NCBI GenBank assembly: GCA_043811535.1
Contig: JBDRNC010000038.1
Location: forward strand, 32,001-96,000
Length of the DNA: 64,000 bases
Direction: 5' to 3'
Source of the DNA: Elusimicrobiota bacterium
Lineage (GTDB): Bacteria; Elusimicrobiota; Endomicrobiia; Endomicrobiales; JBDRNC01
The stretch's first letter is position 1. Each line of letters begins with the position of its first letter. Made by a program: the position numbers and the translations under genes. The notes under the pieces are model-generated. The model was not told where the DNA came from and made no database searches. It saw only the letters and a program-made list of their open reading frames with translations. This document shows positions 56,782-64,000 of this stretch, piece after piece.

Positions 56782-59700
56782 ACAAAGGTAAGCTAATAGC
56801 GTTTATATTGTCTGCGATAGTTTTACTGTTTGCGTCTGCGCGGCTGTCCGCCGGTGTTATCAGGATAGTCGGCGCGGTATCTTCTTCGATTGAACAGGAC
56901 AGGCCCGAAGTCGCGGCAAAATACGCTTGCGACGGAAAAATGGAAACGCGGTGGGCTTCGCAATGGTCGGACCCGCAGTGGATATACTTTGACCTGGGCT
57001 CCAGATCGGATTTTAATCTGCTTGAGATCAACTGGGAGGCGGCCTACGGCAAGATATACGAAGTATATGTTTCCAACGACGCCGGAAAATGGGAGAAAGC
57101 GGCAAAGGTTGATAACAGCCAGGGCGGAAAGGACATCATCTATCTCGGAAAGAGAAAGGCCAGGTACATCAAGATACTCGGAATCGAAAGGGGAATGCAG
57201 TTCGGGTATTCCATCTTTGAAGTAAAAGTCAGGAACGAAGAAAATATCACATTTCCGGGCGCGCCTGAAAAAATGACTGCCAAATCAATTGACGACGCGA
57301 TCCTGCTTACGTGGGATAAGGCGGACAACGCCGCGGGGTATGACATATACAGGTCAGCGGACGGGAAAGAATCCTTTGAGAAAATAAATAAAGGAACTGT
57401 ACTGCTGAACAGATATGCGGATATTAATGTTGAATACAAGAAATACTATTATTACGTGAGATCCATCAGGTATTTCGGCCAGGAGAGTCAAAAGTCTGAG
57501 ATTGTATCGGCCGGTCCAAGACAACCCGTGCCGCCTGCGCCTTCGGGCTGCACGGATTCCGGCAAGCCGTATTACGAGGGCCTGAGCAAGAACAACTTCG
57601 GAAGGTACGGATGGCTGACATATCCGTGGGAAAAGCCCGCGTATACCGTGACCTACTGGGAGCAGGATGGATCGTGCGACGGTACATTGTACTTCACGCT
57701 GGCAAAGAATTTCGGGATAAAGATAGGCGGGAAAGAGATACGTCTCGTAAACAGGGGAACGCCGAAAAAACTGGAGGTTGACAACGTAAGCTGGGTCTCC
57801 AAGACGGTTAATCTGGATTACGAGTTGTTTAAATACAAAATCACTTTCGGGCTTGGGAGCCCGGGGGTTCTTATTCAGAGCGAAGACAAGATGCTGACGC
57901 TTGAATGCGCCGGGTTGTCAAACGCGGCTTTCGTTTTAAAAAACGGCGCGGTACTGAAAGACAGCGGCGATTTATACAATAAGGTAACAGACGGGCCGTT
58001 AAAAGAGAACTGGGTACTCTTTTGGGACAGCCAGGGCCGAGTTCCGCTCCTGGTGGTTCTTAAGAAGATGCCTTCCAAGATTAATCTTTCAGCAGGACGC
58101 GTCAATATATACTTTGAGGGTCCGTTTGAGCAGGCGGTCGTATCGGGAATTTACGGCGTGGATGCTTCAAATAAAGAATTGACGGCTGACGGTTCTCTGA
58201 AATCCGAAACAGCAGGCAAATGCCGTTTCTGGTCAAGAGCGTCGCTCGCCTATCCCGTAGAATGCAAAGAATATTTCTGGATGGAAGACGAAAACAGCGT
58301 AGGCGTCAGGGATGAGTTCAGTTTTTTGAAGATAAAGGATGACTGGGGCACGGAGCCTCAGGAACTGGCGCCGGTCTCTCCGCTGTTGTCGTTCGCGAAA
58401 GACGCGGGCTATCCCGTCACTTTTACGGGCAAGGTGATTGATTATGATTTTCCGACATGGTACGGGCCTCTGAGAGGGGTTGCCGGCACGGGGACTGTTG
58501 AGTACATTCTTAAGGTCCCGCCTGTCCAGCACAGGACATATATAAACGCGGGGGGGCATGAGGATTTCAGGCGGAGATGGAATTCTATGATAAGGAACAG
58601 CCTGCAATACTGGGCAGGCGGGTACGGAAACATGTGGAAACTCGTGCCCGAACCTATCTGGGAAAACTCTCCGATGAGCAAGAAAAACCTCGACCCGTAT
58701 ACCTGGATGGGGGTTTTTAATTCGCCTTTCAACGCGATAATGTTCCTCGACGATGAAACAAGGACCGAGATGCTGAAGGCCGCCGATGAAAGAATAAGGA
58801 TACCTTTCACCAAGTATTCGCACCTGATGCCGGCCGAGGTCAGGATAGAACCTTATACAAAAACCGTGTATACCGTTTATTGGTGGAACGGCATGTCGAC
58901 GCCCATCGACAAATACTGGGATATGGATGAAGAATCCTCGTGCGCTTTGCAGGCGCTTTACTGCTACGCGCTTTACACGCGCGACTGGGAAACCGTGAAG
59001 ACAAGCTGGAAGGCGGTGAAAAGGGTGGCGAGTTTTCTCGAATCCTGCAGCGACTGGGCCTATATGGGTTCCGGGTGCAGGGAAGAGGGATTCATGACCA
59101 GCATAGACATGCTCAACTCCACGTATCCTGGGCTTCTTGCCTATTCAAAGCTGGCGAAACAGGCTGGTGACGAGTATATACGGCAGAAAGCGCTTTACAT
59201 GGCCGCGAAGGCCGCCATCCCGAGCGTTATGAGGTTGAAATTCAGGGATTACGCGGAGAAATACAATCTGGGCGTGAATCAGAAGAATTCCATCGCCGGT
59301 TTCGGCGAATTCGGGCCGGCCACGCACGACTTTTCCGAAAAAATAACCGGTTACGTCGGGATAACCTATCTCGACAGCGCGCGCGGCGGGCTCTATCCGG
59401 AGCTGATAAGCCTGTATACGCTTTACGCGAAAGAAGAGATAAAGTCGTGGATAAACAAAATGATGAAGTTATATCCGGAATGGTACAAGGACGAATACTC
59501 GATACATTTCATTTACGCGATGTCGATTCTGGGCATGGAAACAGACAAACTGGAATATTATCTTGAAGAAAACCTTAAAAAAGCCGAGAAGGTATGGATA
59601 TGCGACTGGCCGGGGATGTATCACGCGCACTCATCCGCTCCTATATTGTCTTCGGGATGTCCTTTCTGGCTGACTGACTCATGGATAGGAGCGAAATACG

Positions 59701-59930
59701 TCAGCTCGTTTTATTACAGGGACAGGAACATGGTTGAACTCGTGTTTGACGCGTCGGGAATGGAAAAACTCGCGGTGGTCGGGTATTCAACGAAAAAACC
59801 ATTGAAAATCGTCTCAGGCGAAGGGAATCTGCTCGCTGAGAACGAATCCTGGACATATAATCCCGCCGACGGGAATACAAGCATCGTCATGCAGAACCCG
59901 GGGGCCGTGAGGCTTTCAATTTATTACTGA
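56778..59930 (+). CDS. Secreted CBM32 + FN3 + large domain of unknown (probably glycan-active) function
   Basis: Signal peptide; DGKMETRWASQWSDPQW; LTWDKADNAAGYDIYRS; remaining ~800 aa not recognised. Confidence 0.65.
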   Translation: MNKGKLIAFILSAIVLLFASARLSAGVIRIVGAVSSSIEQDRPEVAAKYACDGKMETRWASQWSDPQWIYFDLGSRSDFNLLEINWEAAYGKIYEVYVSNDAGKWEKAAKVDNSQGGKDIIYLGKRKARYIKILGIERGMQFGYSIFEVKVRNEENITFPGAPEKMTAKSIDDAILLTWDKADNAAGYDIYRSADGKESFEKINKGTVLLNRYADINVEYKKYYYYVRSIRYFGQESQKSEIVSAGPRQPVPPAPSGCTDSGKPYYEGLSKNNFGRYGWLTYPWEKPAYTVTYWEQDGSCDGTLYFTLAKNFGIKIGGKEIRLVNRGTPKKLEVDNVSWVSKTVNLDYELFKYKITFGLGSPGVLIQSEDKMLTLECAGLSNAAFVLKNGAVLKDSGDLYNKVTDGPLKENWVLFWDSQGRVPLLVVLKKMPSKINLSAGRVNIYFEGPFEQAVVSGIYGVDASNKELTADGSLKSETAGKCRFWSRASLAYPVECKEYFWMEDENSVGVRDEFSFLKIKDDWGTEPQELAPVSPLLSFAKDAGYPVTFTGKVIDYDFPTWYGPLRGVAGTGTVEYILKVPPVQHRTYINAGGHEDFRRRWNSMIRNSLQYWAGGYGNMWKLVPEPIWENSPMSKKNLDPYTWMGVFNSPFNAIMFLDDETRTEMLKAADERIRIPFTKYSHLMPAEVRIEPYTKTVYTVYWWNGMSTPIDKYWDMDEESSCALQALYCYALYTRDWETVKTSWKAVKRVASFLESCSDWAYMGSGCREEGFMTSIDMLNSTYPGLLAYSKLAKQAGDEYIRQKALYMAAKAAIPSVMRLKFRDYAEKYNLGVNQKNSIAGFGEFGPATHDFSEKITGYVGITYLDSARGGLYPELISLYTLYAKEEIKSWINKMMKLYPEWYKDEYSIHFIYAMSILGMETDKLEYYLEENLKKAEKVWICDWPGMYHAHSSAPILSSGCPFWLTDSWIGAKYVSSFYYRDRNMVELVFDASGMEKLAVVGYSTKKPLKIVSGEGNLLAENESWTYNPADGNTSIVMQNPGAVRLSIYY

Positions 59931-59959
59931 AACGGACAGTTTAAAGGGGTGTTATTGGA

Positions 59960-62731
59960 ATGGTTATGAATAAATGTATTTTTCCGGCAATGGTAATTGT
60001 TTTGGGGCTTGCAGCGACAGTTCAGTCTGCGGACATTAGGATAATTAACGCCGTATCGTCTTCCGTTGAAAAAAACAGCTCCGAGGTCGCCGCGAAGTAC
60101 GCCTGCGACGGAAAGATGGAGACGCGGTGGGCGTCGCAGCAGTCCGACCCGCAGTGGATATATTTCGACCTCGGCGGCATAAAAGTAGTGAACATCATCA
60201 CGATAAACTGGGAGGCGGCTTTCGCGAAGGAATATGCCGTTGAAATATCAAATGACGCCGAAAAATGGCGTGAGGTTTTCAGGGAAAAGAACGGCGACGG
60301 CGGGGTTGACGAGATATACACCGGCGAGCAGAGAGCGCGCTATGTCAGAATGAAAGGGATACAAAGGGGAACCCAGTGGGGCTATTCTATTTACGAATTC
60401 AACGCGGGTTTCGCGGCCGGCATAAAAGATGTTCCGGCGACTGAAGGATTCAGGGCAGTTCCCGGGAACGGCGCGGTATTCCTTAAATGGAAGCCCGGTT
60501 CCGCTGAAATAGCCGGATATAACGTGTACAGGTCGGCAAGTTTGGATATACCTTTCCAAAAGATAAACAAGACAGCCGTAAAAGACATCGGATACGCGGA
60601 TAAGACGGCTGAAAACGGGAAAAGATACCACTATTTCGTCAAGGCCTATAAACATCCTTCGTGCGAAGGCAAATCCACAATCGTGGCATCGGCCGTGCCG
60701 GAACTGCAGAATAAACCGGCGTTAATCACGGTGAACGCGGCGAAAGAATTAGGAAGGATTGACAGGTTAAAGTTCGGTTCGCTGATGTGCTGTTACACGA
60801 CTGACGCGGATACAGAAATAAAAGATCATTTTACGATGGGCAGCCAGTACGGTTTCGGGATGTGGGACCCGGATACGCACGAGACCGTAAAAGAGACAAT
60901 CGCGCTCGGCAGAGAGGCCGGCATTCCCATCCTGAGGGCCATCGGCATGTGGGAATATTGGAAGGATGGCGTGGCTATTCCGGGCAAAACCAGGAAATTC
61001 GATTTCGGCGTTGATGAAAGGATGAAATACTGTTCGGAACTCGGGGCGGAAATGATGGTATGTTTTGACAGCATGATGAACCATCCCCGCGATTTCAGGA
61101 ATTTCTGCGACCTATTTGACTACCTTAACGGCGAGGCCGATCCCGGACTTGTCTCTGAATTGAAATCGGCAAAACGTGAGGAGTTGTTCAGGAAGTACGT
61201 CCAAAAAAACGGGAACCTATTCAACTGGGCCAATATGCGGGCGCTGAACGGGCGAGTGGAACCGTACGGCGTCAAATACGTTGAGATAGGCAACGAAATA
61301 TACTGCGGCAATATTTCGGCGAAAAGGTACTCGGAGATGTATATTGAGTATTACGACTGGCTCAAAATCCGCTATCCTTATGTTCAGGTGGGGGTAGTGG
61401 GTTGTAATTGCAGCTGGAATCATCCGTGGGACGCCGTCGTATCGGGAATAATAAAGGACAAGATGGATTTTGTCGTCATGCATCTCTACGCGGGAACGCC
61501 GTACGGCCTCCATCCCGACAAGATGTACAAAATAAACGCCGCTGTGGCCGAAGTTGAAGTCAGGCCGTTCATTAAAGATACGGTTGCCCTTTATAAGGCG
61601 AACGCGGGCAAGAAAGTCCCGATAGCCGTGACCGAATACAACAGCGCATGGTATTCCGAGCACAGACAGTACATGCACACGATGGGAGTCGCCGTGGCTG
61701 TTTCGGAACTGCTCAAGACGTTCATAGAATGCGGGGATGACATCCTGAGCGCGCATCACTTCAACTTCACGAACGAGGCGTTCGGCATGGTCTCCAATGT
61801 GTTCTGGACCGACTGGACAATGCTGCACGACCCGTACTACAAGCGCCCGAACTACCACGTGCTCAAGATGTATTCCAAACATTTCGGAGAGATACTGACG
61901 GAGTGCGGGGTGCAATGCGAAAAGTACTCCCTGCTTGAGGAAGGCATAGAAAATCTCGGGGAGTTCCACCAGATAGCCGGTAAAACCGGGGACGACCTGT
62001 TAAAGAACGCGCCCATGGACAGCGCGGCCGTAGATGAAGGCGGCGGCGTGTACAGGATAGACCTGCTCGGGGCGGACGATAAAACCTATTTCCGCACTTT
62101 AAAGACATGCGACGTCAAACCCGGAGCTTATTATAGACTCTCTTTCGATATTAAAACCGACCTGATAGACGCGGGCGGTGAAGACTACCACGACACCCTT
62201 ATCGGCGCGCAGGATGTCCGCGGCTGGGGCGCCGTGAATTGGGAGGCGAGGTCGGCGGTAGTAAAAGGAGAGTCGGACCCCGCCTGGGTTGATGTTGAAA
62301 GAGTCTTCAGGGTGCCCGGCAACATAAACAGGATACAGCTGATGTTCCAGCGCTGGTCCGAAAAACCGCTGAAACAGAAAACGTACCTGAAAGATATGCG
62401 CCTCTGCGAATTCACGCCGGACAGGATGGAGATAGATTATATCACGGCACTGGCGTCAAAAAGCAAGGACGGAAAAAAGCTCTATCTGATAGTAAACAAC
62501 CGGAACATAGTTGAAGATGTCTGCGCGAAAGTGTCATTGAACGGCTTCAAGGCCGGGAACACGGCGAAAATCATTTCTCTGTATTCCGAAGACGCGACGG
62601 ACAGCAACGAAGAGGGCATTCGCGATAAAGTCAGACCGGTTGAGGATAGCGCGAAAATAAGCGGGAATGAATTCAGTTATAATTTTAAGAAGTGTTCGGT
62701 CACGGCGGTGGAGATAGCCGGCGCCGAATAA
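59960..62731 (+). CDS. Secreted CBM32 + FN3 + GH51-like (alpha-L-arabinofuranosidase-like) hydrolase
   Basis: WANMRALNGRVEPYGVKYVEIGNE, VTEYN, C-terminal beta-sandwich (LIVNNRN..SVTAVEI). Confidence 0.75.
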   Translation: MVMNKCIFPAMVIVLGLAATVQSADIRIINAVSSSVEKNSSEVAAKYACDGKMETRWASQQSDPQWIYFDLGGIKVVNIITINWEAAFAKEYAVEISNDAEKWREVFREKNGDGGVDEIYTGEQRARYVRMKGIQRGTQWGYSIYEFNAGFAAGIKDVPATEGFRAVPGNGAVFLKWKPGSAEIAGYNVYRSASLDIPFQKINKTAVKDIGYADKTAENGKRYHYFVKAYKHPSCEGKSTIVASAVPELQNKPALITVNAAKELGRIDRLKFGSLMCCYTTDADTEIKDHFTMGSQYGFGMWDPDTHETVKETIALGREAGIPILRAIGMWEYWKDGVAIPGKTRKFDFGVDERMKYCSELGAEMMVCFDSMMNHPRDFRNFCDLFDYLNGEADPGLVSELKSAKREELFRKYVQKNGNLFNWANMRALNGRVEPYGVKYVEIGNEIYCGNISAKRYSEMYIEYYDWLKIRYPYVQVGVVGCNCSWNHPWDAVVSGIIKDKMDFVVMHLYAGTPYGLHPDKMYKINAAVAEVEVRPFIKDTVALYKANAGKKVPIAVTEYNSAWYSEHRQYMHTMGVAVAVSELLKTFIECGDDILSAHHFNFTNEAFGMVSNVFWTDWTMLHDPYYKRPNYHVLKMYSKHFGEILTECGVQCEKYSLLEEGIENLGEFHQIAGKTGDDLLKNAPMDSAAVDEGGGVYRIDLLGADDKTYFRTLKTCDVKPGAYYRLSFDIKTDLIDAGGEDYHDTLIGAQDVRGWGAVNWEARSAVVKGESDPAWVDVERVFRVPGNINRIQLMFQRWSEKPLKQKTYLKDMRLCEFTPDRMEIDYITALASKSKDGKKLYLIVNNRNIVEDVCAKVSLNGFKAGNTAKIISLYSEDATDSNEEGIRDKVRPVEDSAKISGNEFSYNFKKCSVTAVEIAGAE

Positions 62732-62748
62732 CAGAAATTAACGGATTT

Positions 62749-62806
62749 AGGGCTGGAATGGGATTAAATACCTTGCAGCAAGGTAAGATCCCGTCCAGCC
62801 CTTTTC
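62749..62806 (+). terminator. Long nested stem-loop with T tail
   Basis: AGGGCTGGAATGGGA..TACCTTG-CAG-CAAGGTA..TCCCGTCCAGCCCT-TTT. Confidence 0.6.
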
Positions 62807-62865
62807 TTACTCAATTCAAGTTTGAATATTTATTATAGAAATGATAAAAATAGGGAGCAATAAAT

Positions 62866-64000
62866 ATGAAATATTCTGTAAAAAAGGAAATAAACATGAC
62901 GAGACGAAAGGCAATTATTTTATCGTTGGTTTTCGCGGTATTCTGCCTTTCAACGCGAGCGCAGGCGCTTACAAAGGAACCCGCGGGGAATGGCTGGATT
63001 TATGAAACAAGCGGAATAAGCATAAGGGCCGTCAGCGTGACGAATAACGTATTCCGCATAACATGCGTCCCTTCAACGGCGTGCCTTCCGGAGGAAACCG
63101 GCGTTTTTGTGTTGCGGGATAAACTTACCGCGCCTGAGCGCGATGTATTTGACGGGCAAGAGGATTTCGGCATCAACCAAAAAGGCTTAAAACTCAGGAT
63201 TTCAAACAAAGACCCGGGCAATATCAGCCTTGTAGACAAAAACGGACGGGTATTGCTGGGCGGCGGGAAGGTCATTCTGCATCCGGATGAGCCGTCTTTT
63301 TGGGAACTTACATTTTCAGCTTCAAAGGACGAAAGGAACTACGGTTCAGGCAATCCTGAAACAGGGCGTTCGGGAGGTTTGATTAAATGTTCCGCGCAGA
63401 CCACCGTTGGCAACGGTATAACCCAGGTGCCATTCATCTGGAGCACCGACGGCTACGGACTGCTTGTTGATTATGAAGAAAAAGGCATGAAGTGGAAAAA
63501 GACGTCAGGAAAGCATTATTTCAGGGTGCCCGGGAAAACCCTCGATTTCTATATAATCACGGGCGACGCGCCTTACGGGATAATCGAGGCATACACCGCG
63601 CTTACCGGAAGCCCGCCGGTGCCTCCAAAGTGGTCATTCGGCTTCATGATGAGCAGGTGGGGATACAAGGACTGGGATGACATCCGCGAAAAATGGCATA
63701 TGTTCCGCGATAAAAATATCCCGGTGGATGTTTTCATTTACGATTACGACTGGTTTGAAAAGGATTGGAAGTGGAACAACAAATATTTCCCGGACCCGAA
63801 AGAAAATGTCAGGGAAGCTTCCTCGATGGGCATTAAATTGGTAGGAATCCGCAAGCCGCGCATGGAAGACAAAGGGAACTACGATTACGCCAAGAGCAGG
63901 GGCTGGCTGCTTGAAGGCACGAAGAACGACTTGAACTTTTCCATACCCGATGCCGGAAAATGGTGGTGGCAGAATAACGCGCCGGCATTCATCGACGGCA
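62866..64000 (+). CDS. Secreted GH31-family glycoside hydrolase, 3'-truncated by the window edge (absent from the ORF track)
   Basis: Open frame from ATG 62866/62896; LTGSPPVPPKWSFGFMMSRWGY, IPVDVFIYDYDWF, FPDP. Confidence 0.85.
   Translation, partial: MKYSVKKEINMTRRKAIILSLVFAVFCLSTRAQALTKEPAGNGWIYETSGISIRAVSVTNNVFRITCVPSTACLPEETGVFVLRDKLTAPERDVFDGQEDFGINQKGLKLRISNKDPGNISLVDKNGRVLLGGGKVILHPDEPSFWELTFSASKDERNYGSGNPETGRSGGLIKCSAQTTVGNGITQVPFIWSTDGYGLLVDYEEKGMKWKKTSGKHYFRVPGKTLDFYIITGDAPYGIIEAYTALTGSPPVPPKWSFGFMMSRWGYKDWDDIREKWHMFRDKNIPVDVFIYDYDWFEKDWKWNNKYFPDPKENVREASSMGIKLVGIRKPRMEDKGNYDYAKSRGWLLEGTKNDLNFSIPDAGKWWWQNNAPAFIDG

Noticed and set aside
62749..62806. Riboswitch upstream of the GH31 gene
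   Set aside because: Only a nested hairpin with a T tail; I recognise no aptamer consensus.

Overview
Window from a diderm bacterium (Omp85 protein, porin, BamE-like lipoprotein). Every credible gene is on the + strand. It has three parts. (i) 1-8.9 kb: glycan-degradation genes, a PAS-GGDEF-HD-GYP protein and an Omp85-family protein. (ii) About 9-42 kb: a tRNA-Arg/tRNA-His locus followed by a mosaic accessory region containing a complete Pho/Pst module, two paralogous LacI-CBM-glucanase clusters, a nucleotidyltransferase toxin-antitoxin-like pair, Fic, glgB and others. (iii) 45.7-64 kb: two further LacI-controlled clusters of large multimodular secreted CAZymes. The strongest unexplained signal is a ~130-230 bp non-coding element repeated at least 7 times between 9.3 and 41 kb. 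Its parts are an extended -10 promoter, GGTTTCCGTCGAGAC, the arm GGTTCGAATGGCGTTTACYAGGGGACCC, a TTGAAAWATCAAT palindrome, an inverted arm ending TTCGAACC, and a terminator. It sits just after the stop codon of each cargo block, shares sequence with the tRNA-His 3' flank, and has mix-and-match halves. It looks like a tRNA-anchored, integron-like cassette array and/or a multicopy small RNA. No recombinase is present in the window. A second small structured element with covarying stems has inserted precisely, without target duplication, into several of these sites. All protein family calls come from motif recognition by eye, not from database searches.
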